Assembly (NCBI GenBank): GCA_965203515.1
Contig: OZ241907.1
Span: 1,824,001-1,888,000, forward strand
Direction of reading: 5' to 3'
Origin: Spirochaetia bacterium
GTDB taxonomy: Bacteria > Spirochaetota > Spirochaetia > SZUA-6 > Bin103
Length of the DNA stretch: 64,000 bases
The position numbers were made by a program, and so were the translations under genes. Shown piece after piece: positions 36,160-45,521 of the stretch; the first letter of the stretch is position 1; each line of letters opens with the position of its first letter. The notes under the pieces were generated by a model, which saw only the letters and a program-made list of their open reading frames with translations, made no database searches and was not told the DNA's origin.

Positions 36160-37275
36160 TTAGGTGCCGGCGCCGTTGTCGTCGAACTGCTGCTTGAGGC
36201 GCCGGAAGGCGGCCTCGTCGATGCCGGTGGCCGCCTCGATGGTCGACCACGGGACATCGCGGCCCAGCAATCCCTGGATGGTTTGCAACCGACCTCTCAG
36301 TTCGCCTTCCTGACGGCCTTCCTGGCGGCCTTCCTGACGGCCTTCCTGGCGGCCTTCCTGACGGCCTTCCTGACGGCCTTCCTGACGGCCCTTCAACTCG
36401 CCTTCCCGGCGGCCTTGCTCGACCATCCGTTCCACGTTGACCATACCTTCCCGGCGGCCTCGCTCGACCATCTGTTCCACGTAGTTCATCAGCTCTCCTC
36501 CACGGCCCGGCACGTTGCGGCGCAGCGCCGCCCCGAACGCCGGTCGCCGTTCCTCCGGCTGCGCCGCCAGCACGTACTCCACGTGCAGCGCTACCTCGTC
36601 GATCCCGGCAGCCCGGTACATCTCCCCCATCAACCGCGTCGCCTGGTCCAGCAACTCCTCCCACGTCTCGCGGAACGTGGCCATCATTGCGAGCTGCGCC
36701 AACCGCGTTCCCACCGACCCCGCCACCGTCTCCGGGTTCTGCCGCGTCTGGTCGATCAGCAGGTGCTCGAACCGCGGCACCCAGCCCCAGTCCGGCTCCG
36801 AGTCCGCAACCAGCTCCGCGAACTGCCGATCATGCCGCCACGGCTCCGCTCCCTGATAGAATACCACCGGCACGATCAGCGGCAACTGCGGCTCGTTCTC
36901 GTGCTCCCGGTGCCACCTCATCCAGGCCAGCAGGCAGTAGTTCAGCAACCGCAGCCGCATCCACCGGTCCGGCGTGGACTGATGTTCGAGCAGCACGTAG
37001 ACGAGCACCGGCGGACCGGAATCCTGCCGCTCGACCGAGAACAGCAGGTCGGCCTCCCGGCCGCGCCAGTCGTCGCTGACGAAGCGGCCGGGCACGTGGG
37101 TGAGGGTGGACCACCGCAGCGTGCGGGCGACCTCCTGCGGAAGGTGGGGGCGCAACAGGCCGGCGGCGTTCCGGGTATCGGAGAACACGCCGTAGAAGTA
37201 CTTGTCGTGCGGATGGCTGACCGGCGTCTCCGCCGCGGCGGACTCCGGTCGGTCCGGCGCCTGATCGTCGGCCAT
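36160..37275 (-). CDS. Rpn family recombination-promoting nuclease / YhgA-like putative transposase
   Basis: HPHDKYF; ADLLFSV; VYVLLEHQS; RLLNY; LPLIVPVVFYQG; EGRQ-repeat tail. Confidence 0.92.
   Translation of the reverse strand: MADDQAPDRPESAAAETPVSHPHDKYFYGVFSDTRNAAGLLRPHLPQEVARTLRWSTLTHVPGRFVSDDWRGREADLLFSVERQDSGPPVLVYVLLEHQSTPDRWMRLRLLNYCLLAWMRWHREHENEPQLPLIVPVVFYQGAEPWRHDRQFAELVADSEPDWGWVPRFEHLLIDQTRQNPETVAGSVGTRLAQLAMMATFRETWEELLDQATRLMGEMYRAAGIDEVALHVEYVLAAQPEERRPAFGAALRRNVPGRGGELMNYVEQMVERGRREGMVNVERMVEQGRREGELKGRQEGRQEGRQEGRQEGRQEGRQEGRQEGELRGRLQTIQGLLGRDVPWSTIEAATGIDEAAFRRLKQQFDDNGAGT
36305..36388 (-). repeat. In-frame 12-bp tandem repeat x7 (RQEG) in rpn tail
   Basis: ccttcctg[a/g]cgg seven times; plus a 45-bp-period imperfect duplication at 36401-36482. 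Confidence 0.95.
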
Positions 37276-37289
37276 GAGACCCGGCGGCG

Positions 37290-37318
37290 ACCGTAGCCCC
37301 GGGATGACCCGGCGTCAA
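37290..37318 (-). promoter_or_regulatory. Sigma70-like promoter upstream of rpn
   Basis: TTGACG-N17-TACGGT, 14 nt before ATG 37275. Confidence 0.55.
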
Positions 37319-37379
37319 GCCGGCGCGGGTCGCAACATTCGGACGCCCGCGTAACCGCGGGTTGGCCGCTGCGCTCCTT

Positions 37380-37535
37380 GGTCTCCGGCAGACCCGCGCC
37401 TACATGGACCGCTGCGCCGCGGCGGAAGGGCATCTGGTGATCTTCGACCGCCGATCCGGCACGCCGTGGGAGCGCAAGCTGTACCGCCGCGACGAAACGG
37501 AGGGCGGCGCGCCGGTCACCGTGTGGGGGATGTGA
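37380..37535 (+). pseudogene. Gene remnant: C-terminus of an AAA-ATPase/PD-(D/E)xK-type protein
   Basis: Translates GLRQTRAYMDRCAAAEGHLVIFDRRSGTPWERKLYRRDETEGGAPVTVWGM*; absent from the ORF track. Confidence 0.65.
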
Positions 37536-37617
37536 CCGTCAAGCTGAGCACCGGCGCCGGCCGGCCGCGCGGCGGCCTTGGACAAAACGGCGAAAATCCG
37601 GTTCGATTGGTCCTGTC

Positions 37618-38520
37618 ATGGCTACCGAACACAAACAGAAGGCGAGCACGACCGCCATCCTGGTGGCGGCGATCCGGGCGAGCCACTTGATCTGGAACCA
37701 ACCGGCGATCTTCTCCGACACCTACGCGCTGCAGATGGTGACGCCGTTCTGGCGGCAGGTCGCCAAGAACCGAGTGCTGAACTGGCTCATCAAGGACGCC
37801 CTGCTGGGGGTGCTCAAGCCGATCCACACCGAGGCGATTCTGCGCGTTCGCTTCACGGAGGACCGGCTCCGCGAAGCGGTCTCCGGGGGCGTCGGCCAAT
37901 ACGTGATCCTGGGCGCCGGGCTCGACACCTTCTCCCTGCGCCAGGGCGACCTTGCCGGCCGCCTGCGCATCTTCGAGGTCGACCAGCCGGCCTCCCAGGG
38001 CATGAAGCGCGAACGGGTGACCGCCGTCAACGGCAGCGTCCCCGACAACCTGACGTTCGTGCCGGTCGACTTCGAGACCGACCACCTGGACGAGGCGCTG
38101 CGCCGCTCCGGCTTCGACGCCGACACGCCCGCGTTCTTCTCCTGGCTGGGAACCACCTACTACCTGACCGGGAAAGCGATCAGCGATACGCTCGACCGCA
38201 TCTCCTCGCTTGCCGCCCCCGGCAGCCACATCGTCTTCGACTACAAGTACCCGCGCGAGATGGTGCCGCCGGACGGGATCGAGTTCACCGAGAAGCTGGA
38301 GAAGTTCGTGGCGCGCCGCGGGGAGCCGATGATCTCGACGTTCACCCCCGACGACATGAAAGCCGAACTGGCGCGGGTCGGCTTCGAGGAGGTCGACAGC
38401 GTGTCGCCTGCCGAGGCGACCGAGCGCTATCTGCAGGGGCGCACCGACATGCCCGCTCCGGCCCCCAACTTCGCGTTCGCGCTGTTCGCAAAGAAGCCAG
38501 GGAAGCCAGGGAAGAAGTAG
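37618..38520 (+). CDS. Class I SAM-dependent methyltransferase (LCM/TIGR00027-like)
   Basis: R.RF.ED; QYVILGAGLDTF; FEVDQP; VPVDFE; WLGTTYYL. Confidence 0.9.
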   Translation: MATEHKQKASTTAILVAAIRASHLIWNQPAIFSDTYALQMVTPFWRQVAKNRVLNWLIKDALLGVLKPIHTEAILRVRFTEDRLREAVSGGVGQYVILGAGLDTFSLRQGDLAGRLRIFEVDQPASQGMKRERVTAVNGSVPDNLTFVPVDFETDHLDEALRRSGFDADTPAFFSWLGTTYYLTGKAISDTLDRISSLAAPGSHIVFDYKYPREMVPPDGIEFTEKLEKFVARRGEPMISTFTPDDMKAELARVGFEEVDSVSPAEATERYLQGRTDMPAPAPNFAFALFAKKPGKPGKK

Positions 38521-38528
38521 AACGCTCG

Positions 38529-39803
38529 TCACGGCGCCCACATGACCCGGTTCGACAACAGGTCAGAGCAGGTCGAACCGGCGGGACCTGCCGTATAGAT
38601 GATGCCGGGAGCGGCGGGCGGCGGCCCGATCCCCAGGGGGCGTTCAAGATGCGGAAACCAGTGGGCCGTCCGGGGATCGGTCGTGCTCACCTGTTCCACC
38701 GCGAAGGTGGCGCCGCCGTCGGCGGACGCGAAGCGCACGACCTCGCTGGCCGGATGACCCCACGGCGCTGCGTCCGAAACCGTTTCGGTGGTCGTCACGC
38801 CGACCAGCCGACCCCCGGCGTCGAACACGATACTCGGCGCCAGCCCGAAGCAACGCCCCGGTTCGAGCTCCACCCGCTCGTTCAGGACGATGCGGCGCCA
38901 ATTTCCGTCACCTGCGGGCGAGCAGAGGGTATTGGTGCCCACGCCGCCGGCCCACTCGCTATGGATCAGCCATGGCGCGCCGTCGGCGGCGACCGCCATC
39001 GCCCCGGCCGCCACGGCGCTCCCGTGATCTACGCCGCCGGCGGCGATCACGTCGACGCTCTCGGCCGTCGCGGGCAGACGCACCGGAGTCCCGTCCGAGC
39101 GCCGCCAGGTCCGCCCGGCGTCCGGGCTGAAGAGGTAGCCGACGGTCTGCAGTCGGCCGTACGCCCCGGCGTCCGACTTCTCGTGGAAGCGAAGCGCCAT
39201 ATGCAGGCCCCGGCGGTCCGGTCCCCAGGCATAGGACTCTCCGAAGTGGGTGTAGTCGGGATGGCGTGAGCGCGCCAGCACCAGCGGCTCGCTCCATGCT
39301 CCGCCGGCGCTCTTGCGCAGCAGATGGAGCTCCCAGGGCCGCGCGTGCCCCAGCCTCCGTCGATCCGACAGGAAGCTGCGCCGGCAGCTCAGCAGGAGCT
39401 CGTCGCCGGCGCCCACGAGGAGCTTCGGGTAGGTGTAGTCGCTGCCGATCAGCTCCTCGTCGGTCCATGCCGAGGCGTCGCCGGGGCGCAGGGATCGCCG
39501 GTACCGGATCGCGTGGTGGTGCGGGTAATAGGCGACGTGCAGGTACCCCCGGCTGTCGCACGCCAGTGCCGGGCCGCCGTGGTTGTCATACGCCTCGCCG
39601 ATGGTGTGGGTCTCCGACCAGCTTCCGCTCCTGCGGTCGAGGGTGCGTATCCGCACGCGAAACCCTTCGGCAACCGAGTCGAGCCAGGCGACGTGCACCA
39701 GGTCGCCAACCGTGACGATCTTGTTCTCCTGGGGGTACGCGGTGGCGCGACCGCACCCGTCGACGGAGAGTGGCTGTTCCGGCGCGGACGGCCTTTGCAT
39801 CAT
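38529..39803 (-). CDS. BNR-4 repeat / sialidase-like beta-propeller protein
   Basis: YDNHGGPALA.D..GYLHV.Y..HH; YTYP; Asp-boxes SPDAGRTW and SADGGATF; SD GGAG. Confidence 0.75.
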   Translation of the reverse strand: MMQRPSAPEQPLSVDGCGRATAYPQENKIVTVGDLVHVAWLDSVAEGFRVRIRTLDRRSGSWSETHTIGEAYDNHGGPALACDSRGYLHVAYYPHHHAIRYRRSLRPGDASAWTDEELIGSDYTYPKLLVGAGDELLLSCRRSFLSDRRRLGHARPWELHLLRKSAGGAWSEPLVLARSRHPDYTHFGESYAWGPDRRGLHMALRFHEKSDAGAYGRLQTVGYLFSPDAGRTWRRSDGTPVRLPATAESVDVIAAGGVDHGSAVAAGAMAVAADGAPWLIHSEWAGGVGTNTLCSPAGDGNWRRIVLNERVELEPGRCFGLAPSIVFDAGGRLVGVTTTETVSDAAPWGHPASEVVRFASADGGATFAVEQVSTTDPRTAHWFPHLERPLGIGPPPAAPGIIYTAGPAGSTCSDLLSNRVMWAP

Positions 39804-39869
39804 GGACACTCCGTGACCGACCATAGCACGCGGCGGGGATCGGGAAATGCGCGGGTTTGGCGGGACGGG

Positions 39870-40436
39870 ATGAGCGGCGGCCCCGGAGTACCGGCGAACG
39901 CGCCGCGGCAGCTCGGCATGACCATTCGCCGCGACCGGCTGCTCCGGCTCTCCGCCATGCCGGTGCCCGAAGGGTACGTGCTGCGCAGGTGCCGGGCGAG
40001 CGACGGCGCCGGCATCGCCCGCGTGCTGGATGCCTGCGGCTTCGAGGGGTGGACGCCCGGGCGAGTCGCCGACTACATGGCCGAACCCGAGCGCGGCCAA
40101 GGCTCGCGCGTCGTCGCCTGCGGCGCCCGGATCGTCGCCTCCACCTTTGCCTCCTGGCAGGAGCTGGGCCGCTGCGGCGTACTGGACTACGTGGCCTGTC
40201 ACCCGGATCACCGACGGCGGGGGCTCGGCCGCGCCGTCTGCTGCGGGGTGCTCGACTTCTTCGCGCGGCGCGGCTACGAATCGGTCACGTTGTTGACCGA
40301 CGACGTCAGACTGGCGGCGATCGCCCTCTACCTTTCGCTGGGCTTCGCGCCCGACCTGACGCACGAAGGCGCTCCGGATCACTGGAAGAAGATCATGCGC
40401 CGGCTCGGGCGCAAGGGCATGCAGGCGGCGCCGTGA
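39870..40436 (+). CDS. GNAT family N-acetyltransferase
   Basis: YVACHPDHRRRGLGRA; AIALYLSLGF. Confidence 0.88.
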   Translation: MSGGPGVPANAPRQLGMTIRRDRLLRLSAMPVPEGYVLRRCRASDGAGIARVLDACGFEGWTPGRVADYMAEPERGQGSRVVACGARIVASTFASWQELGRCGVLDYVACHPDHRRRGLGRAVCCGVLDFFARRGYESVTLLTDDVRLAAIALYLSLGFAPDLTHEGAPDHWKKIMRRLGRKGMQAAP

Positions 40437-40443
40437 GGAGCCG

Positions 40444-41562
40444 ATGAGCGCGCGGCAGGCCGCCATCGACGTCGGCATCGTCGGCGCGGCCGGTCGGGGC
40501 GGCCGGCTCCGGCAGGCGTTCGAGCTGCTCGATCGGGTGCGGATCACGGCGGTGTGCGACATCGATCCCGACGGCCTGGAGCGCGCCCGGCGCGAGCTTG
40601 GCGCGTCCGAGCGGTACCTCGACTACGACGAGATGCTTGAGCGCGCGAAGCCGGACGCGGTCGTCATCGGCACGCCGATGCCGCTCCATGCGCCGCAGGC
40701 GATCGCGGCGCTCGAGCGCGGCGTGCACGTGCTGAGCGAGGTTCCCGCCGCCGTCTCGATCGAGGAGTGCCGGCGTCTGGTGCAGGCGTGCCGCGGCAGT
40801 CGGGCGAGCTACATGCTGGGCGAGAACGTCGCCTATACCCGCCCCAACATGATCGTGCGGGAGCTGGTGCGCAGGGGCGAGTTCGGCGTCCCGTACTATG
40901 CCGAAGGCGAATACCTGCACGAGCTGAAAGGCCTGAACGAGGTCACCAGGTGGCGGCGGCGGTGGCAGACCGGGATCAACGGCGTGACCTATGGGACCCA
41001 CAGCCTGGGGCCGATCCTGCAGTGGATGCCGGGCGATCGCGTCACCGCCGTGTGCTGCGCCGGCAGCGGCCATCACTACCGGGACCCGCGGGGCGACGAG
41101 TACGAGAACGAAGACTCCTGCGTGATGCTGTGCCGCATGCGCTCCGGAGGCTTGGTGAAGATACGGGTCGACATGCTTTCGGATCGGCCGCACGCGATGA
41201 TGAACTTCCAGTTGCAGGGTACCGATGGCTGCTACGAGTCCCGCCGCGCTCCCGCCGAACGGGACCGTATCTGGTTGCGGTCGCGCTCACCGGACGCCGA
41301 CGCGTGGCTCGATCTGGAGGAGGTGGCCGAGTCGTTCCTGCCGGAACCGTGGCGGACCTGGGGCGAGGCGGGGCGGACGGCCGGCCACGGCGGCGGCGAC
41401 CTCTTCGAGATGATCGATTTCCTGAGCGCGGTCCGCAGCGGCGCGCCGCCGCGCCTCGGCATCCACGAGGCGATGGACATGACGATCCCCGGCCTGATCA
41501 GCCAACGGTCGATCGCCGCGGACGGCCGCTGGCTTCCGGTCCCCGATTCCCGGCAGTGGTGA
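40444..41562 (+). CDS. Gfo/Idh/MocA oxidoreductase, GH109-like
   Basis: GVHVLSEVP; MLGEN; YAEGEYLH; YGTHSLGP; GHGGGD. Confidence 0.85.
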   Translation: MSARQAAIDVGIVGAAGRGGRLRQAFELLDRVRITAVCDIDPDGLERARRELGASERYLDYDEMLERAKPDAVVIGTPMPLHAPQAIAALERGVHVLSEVPAAVSIEECRRLVQACRGSRASYMLGENVAYTRPNMIVRELVRRGEFGVPYYAEGEYLHELKGLNEVTRWRRRWQTGINGVTYGTHSLGPILQWMPGDRVTAVCCAGSGHHYRDPRGDEYENEDSCVMLCRMRSGGLVKIRVDMLSDRPHAMMNFQLQGTDGCYESRRAPAERDRIWLRSRSPDADAWLDLEEVAESFLPEPWRTWGEAGRTAGHGGGDLFEMIDFLSAVRSGAPPRLGIHEAMDMTIPGLISQRSIAADGRWLPVPDSRQW

Positions 41563-43267
41563 GTGAGCGGGCGCGCGCTCGAATCGTGACCTGGCCGGCG
41601 GCGCGGCGCACGGTGTAGGTGACGCCGGACGGGACCGACGCGAACCGGGAGACCAGGCCGTCCGGCCACTCGACGCGAAGCTCGTCGACCGGTGCGCCGG
41701 CGCCCAGCCCGAAGTGAGCCGATCGCTCCGAGCTGGTCAGGTAGCCGGCGCCGCCGAACATGGCGCGCACCTGCTCGACGCCGCCGGTGGTGACGACCAC
41801 CCGCGCGCCGAAGCCGTCCGGCGCCGCGGCGGCATCGCCGGTGGTGTCCAGGAACACGCGCAGCCAGCCGCCGGCAGGCGGGCGGCCGGGGTGAATCGCG
41901 TCGTTGCGGAGCAGGGCCGGCCGGCCCTGGTTGTTGAAGATGACGACGTCCTGGTCGCCGTCGTCGTCGTAATCGAGGTGGACCATGCCGCGGCCCTGGC
42001 CGCGGTGCGCGAAGCCGGCCGGCCCGGTGCGGTCGGCGAACCGCGGCAGCGCGGGATCGAGCCGCCGCTCCATGTTGCCGAACAGCACGCTCCGTTGCTC
42101 GATCCACTCCGCAACCCCGGCGCCGTTCGCCTCGTTCCAGCCGCCGGTGGCGGCGATGTCGAGCCGGCCGTCCAGGTCATGGTCGATCGCCACCGCCCCC
42201 CAACCCCAGCCGCCGCGCTTGACCTTGGCGTCCGCGGCGATCTCCCGGAACGTGCCGTCGCCCCGGTTCAGGTAGAGCTTGTTGCCGGTGCCGCCGGACC
42301 GGGGCGGCGGATGCGCGGTGTGGATCGAGGTGACGTACCAGTCCAGGGTCCCGTCGCCGTCGAAGTCGCCGGCGGCGGCGCCCATGCCGTTCTCGTCCAG
42401 GCCGGCTCCGGCCGCCTCGGTCCGCTCCGCGAACGTCCCGTCGCCGCGGTTCACGTAGTAGCGGCTCATCCCGAAGTCGGCGGCCAGCAGCAGTTCCGGG
42501 TACCGGTCGCCGGTCGCGTCGGCCAGGATCGGCGTGAAGGAGCGCACCCCCGCAGCGGCCAACCCCGCCGCACGGGTCACGTCGGTGAAGCGCGGCACGC
42601 CGTCCACGACCCCGTCGTTGCGAAACAGGGTGTTGCCGGCCGCCTCCCCCGACCAGGACGCCACGAACAGGTCCAGGTCGCCGTCCAGGTCGTAGTCGCC
42701 GAAGGAGCCGCCCATGCCCGACTCGATACCGGTCGTGGTGGTCGCGACCCCGGCTCGGCGGCCGATCTCCGTGAAGCGGACCATCCCGTCCGCGCCGGCC
42801 GGGCCGTCGTTGCGGTACAGCAGGTGGAAGCCGGGGCGCGGCGCGCCGGCCGGCCCGTGGCTGGCCACGAACAGGTCGGCGTCGCCGTCGCCGTCGACGT
42901 CGGCTGCCGCCGCTCCCTGACCGCGATGCGCGCGCGCCACCCCGGCGGCAGCGGCCACGTCGGTGAAGACGCCGCCTCCGTCGTTGCGGTACAGCCGGTC
43001 GGGAGCGCCGCCGCCGGTCACCACGAACAGGTCCTGGTCCCCGTCGCCGTCGAAGTCGAGCACCGCGCCGCCGCCCGACATCGCCGTACGGCTCCACGCC
43101 AGGGGCGCGTGCGCGTGCGCCAGCCCGGTCGCCTCCGGGCACAGCCGCGGGTCGCTCGCGCACGTGGCGAACGGCGGCGGGGCGCCGGCCGCGACCGCGG
43201 CGGCCAGGAGCAGCGCCAGCGCCGGCGCCGCCCGGCACCGGCGCCGCCCGGCACCGGGCAGCCTCAC
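41498..43267 (-). CDS. CRTAC1-family FG-GAP/ASPIC-UnbV protein, exported
   Basis: GTG 43267 overlaps permease TGA; signal peptide; many DxDGDGDxDL repeats; AHFGLG; VEWPDG. Confidence 0.85.
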   Translation of the reverse strand: MRLPGAGRRRCRAAPALALLLAAAVAAGAPPPFATCASDPRLCPEATGLAHAHAPLAWSRTAMSGGGAVLDFDGDGDQDLFVVTGGGAPDRLYRNDGGGVFTDVAAAAGVARAHRGQGAAAADVDGDGDADLFVASHGPAGAPRPGFHLLYRNDGPAGADGMVRFTEIGRRAGVATTTTGIESGMGGSFGDYDLDGDLDLFVASWSGEAAGNTLFRNDGVVDGVPRFTDVTRAAGLAAAGVRSFTPILADATGDRYPELLLAADFGMSRYYVNRGDGTFAERTEAAGAGLDENGMGAAAGDFDGDGTLDWYVTSIHTAHPPPRSGGTGNKLYLNRGDGTFREIAADAKVKRGGWGWGAVAIDHDLDGRLDIAATGGWNEANGAGVAEWIEQRSVLFGNMERRLDPALPRFADRTGPAGFAHRGQGRGMVHLDYDDDGDQDVVIFNNQGRPALLRNDAIHPGRPPAGGWLRVFLDTTGDAAAAPDGFGARVVVTTGGVEQVRAMFGGAGYLTSSERSAHFGLGAGAPVDELRVEWPDGLVSRFASVPSGVTYTVRRAAGQVTIRARARSLTTAGNRGPEASGRPRRSTVG

Positions 43268-44262
43268 CGCTGGAAGCGGATGCGCGGGTCGAGCACCGCC
43301 AGCAGCAGATCGGAGATCAGCGTGCCGACCACCGTCAGGGCCGCCAGGATCATCACCACCGCGCCGGCCAGGAACATATCCTGCGTGAGCAGACCTTCCA
43401 GCATCAGCGGGCCGATAGTGGGGATGCTCACCACCGTCGCCACCAGAATCTCGCCCGAGAACACCGCCGGCAGGCGCCAGCTTATGCTGGCCACCCAGGG
43501 GTTGCCGGCCATGCGGATCGGATACTTGATCAGCAGGCGCGTCTCCGGCACCCCCTTGGCGCGCGCGGTGGTCACGAACGGCATGCGGAGCTGGTCGAGC
43601 ACGTTGGCGCGGATCACGCGGAGCTCGCCTCCCAGCGCCTCTGCGCCCAGCACCACCAGCGGTGGCCAGATGTGCGCCAGGAAGTCCAGGAACTTGGCGA
43701 AGCTGAACGGCTCCTCGATGAAACGGGGCGAGAACAGCCCGCCGGGTATGAAGTCGAACCAGCGGAAGGCGGCGAATATCAGGAGGAGCGCGAACAGGAA
43801 GTTGGGCACCGCCATCAGGAAGAAGGCGATGAAGCTGAACAGGTTGTCGAACAGCGAGTACTGCCGGATCGCCGCGCCCACGCCGACCGGCCAGGATATG
43901 GACGAGGCCAGGATCATGGTCAGTACCGAGATCACCGTGGTGAGGGCGATGCGGTCGTCGATCAGTTCGCGGACCGGCTTGCGGTAGGCGATCGAGAAAC
44001 CGAAGTCGCCGCGAATGAAGCGGCTGATCCAGCGGCCGTAGCGCACCGGCAGCGGCTCGCCGTATCCGTAGGAGACGCGCAGGTTCTCCGTCATCGCCTT
44101 GATCTCGTCGCCGGAGAACTCCTGTCCGGCCGCCTGCATGCGGCCGACGATGGTGGTGGCGATGTCGCCGGGCGGCAGCTCGATGATGATGAACGACACC
44201 ACCGACACCAGCCACAGCGTCGGGATCATGATCAACAGGCGCCGGGCGATGAAGGCGAGCAT
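43264..44262 (-). CDS. ABC transporter permease, OppB/DppB type (paralog of 8646)
   Basis: FIARRLLIMIPTL; LPPGD; FVTTARAKGV; LISDLLLAVLDPRIR. Confidence 0.92.
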   Translation of the reverse strand: MLAFIARRLLIMIPTLWLVSVVSFIIIELPPGDIATTIVGRMQAAGQEFSGDEIKAMTENLRVSYGYGEPLPVRYGRWISRFIRGDFGFSIAYRKPVRELIDDRIALTTVISVLTMILASSISWPVGVGAAIRQYSLFDNLFSFIAFFLMAVPNFLFALLLIFAAFRWFDFIPGGLFSPRFIEEPFSFAKFLDFLAHIWPPLVVLGAEALGGELRVIRANVLDQLRMPFVTTARAKGVPETRLLIKYPIRMAGNPWVASISWRLPAVFSGEILVATVVSIPTIGPLMLEGLLTQDMFLAGAVVMILAALTVVGTLISDLLLAVLDPRIRFQR

Positions 44263-44273
44263 GGCGGCCGCCG

Positions 44274-45446
44274 CTACCGGTAGGGATCGGCGGCGTCGCG
44301 CAGGCCGTCGCCCAGGAACTGAAAGGCCACCACGATGGCGATCACCAGCAGCGCCGGCAGCAGCAACCACGGCCGCGCGTCGATCGACTGCACGTTCTGC
44401 GCCCCCTGCAGCAGGACCCCCCAACTGATCGCCGGCTCGCGCAGCCCCAGGCTCAGAAAGCTGAGCGCGGTCTCCGCCAGGATCACGCTGGGGACGCGGT
44501 TCGAGCCCTCCACGATCAGGTGGCTGTAGAAGGACGGCAACATGTGCCGGAACAGCAGCCGGGGGGTCGGCGCGCCGTCCAGCTTGGCGGCCAGGGTGAA
44601 CTCCTCCTCGCGCAACGCCAGGAAGCGGCTGCGGACGATGCGCGCCAGACCGGTCCAGCCGATGATCGACACGATCAGCGTGATCGCGAAGTAGACCTGG
44701 ATGATCGACCAGTGCAACGGCAGCGTGGCCGACAGGGCCATCCACAGCGGGATGGTGGGAAAGGCGACCAGCACCTCGATGATGCGCTGGATTACCGTAT
44801 CGACCGCGCCGCCGAAGTAGCCGGAGATGCCGCCGATGACGATGCCGAGCACCCAGGTGATGACGATCGCCAGGATGCCGATCGACAGCGACAGGGTGGT
44901 GCCGTGCACCATGCGCGAGTACAGGCAGCGGCCGGAGCCGTCGGTGCCGAGCGGGAACCAGCGCGTCTCGTCGCTGCCGGTGCCGAGCAGATGGAGGTCG
45001 GTGCCGATGAAGAACAGCAGCGTGTACGGATCGCCGCGCGCGAACAGACGCAACGGCGTCTCACTCTCGGGAACCGGGAAGAAGTCGCGCGCATAGGTTA
45101 CGAAGTTGAGCTTGCTGGTCACCCGGTAGACGACCGGCCGGAACCGCCCCTCGGTGTCGAAGAGGCGGAACGCTCCCAGCTTGCCGCCGAGCGCGGGCGG
45201 CAGGTATTGCATGTCGGGCCGGCGGTCGACCGGGTCGTTCATCGCGAAGAATCCGGCGAAGATCGCGACGAAGTAGAACCAGCCGATGACCAGCATACCC
45301 CAGACGGCCCACCGGTGGCTGCGGAACTTCAGCCACATCAGCCGCCACTGGGTGGCGGTGTGGTACTCTCGTTGGCGCTTCCGTTCGCGGGCGGAACCGG
45401 CGCCGCTCGCGCGCACGGCGGCTACCGTTCGATCGTCATCCATCAC
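44274..45446 (-). CDS. ABC transporter permease, OppC/DppC type (paralog of 7434)
   Basis: PLGTDGSGRCLYSRMVHG; REEEFTLAAKLDG; FQFLGDGLRDAADPY. Confidence 0.92.
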   Translation of the reverse strand: MMDDDRTVAAVRASGAGSARERKRQREYHTATQWRLMWLKFRSHRWAVWGMLVIGWFYFVAIFAGFFAMNDPVDRRPDMQYLPPALGGKLGAFRLFDTEGRFRPVVYRVTSKLNFVTYARDFFPVPESETPLRLFARGDPYTLLFFIGTDLHLLGTGSDETRWFPLGTDGSGRCLYSRMVHGTTLSLSIGILAIVITWVLGIVIGGISGYFGGAVDTVIQRIIEVLVAFPTIPLWMALSATLPLHWSIIQVYFAITLIVSIIGWTGLARIVRSRFLALREEEFTLAAKLDGAPTPRLLFRHMLPSFYSHLIVEGSNRVPSVILAETALSFLSLGLREPAISWGVLLQGAQNVQSIDARPWLLLPALLVIAIVVAFQFLGDGLRDAADPYR

Positions 45447-45467
45447 CCGGTGCTCATGCTCTGAGAC

Positions 45468-45498
45468 GAGAAGACCCGCCGTGCAGGCGGGTCTTCTC
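45468..45498 (-). terminator. Stem-loop between binding-protein and permease genes
   Basis: Perfect 13-bp inverted repeat gagaagacccgcc-N5-ggcgggtcttctc. Confidence 0.75.
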
Positions 45499-45521
45499 TC
45501 TCGGTTGCGGTGACGACTCCG

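Noticed and set aside
36305..36388. Possible CRISPR array
   Set aside because: 12-bp head-to-tail coding repeats with no spacers and no cas genes
36160..37275. Insertion sequence
   Set aside because: No terminal inverted repeats or target duplication seen; Rpn proteins are not established transposases
43268..44215. Second permease-CRTAC1 fusion
   Set aside because: The extension is an alternate frame of the oppB-like gene; CRTAC1 has its own GTG 43267 and signal peptide
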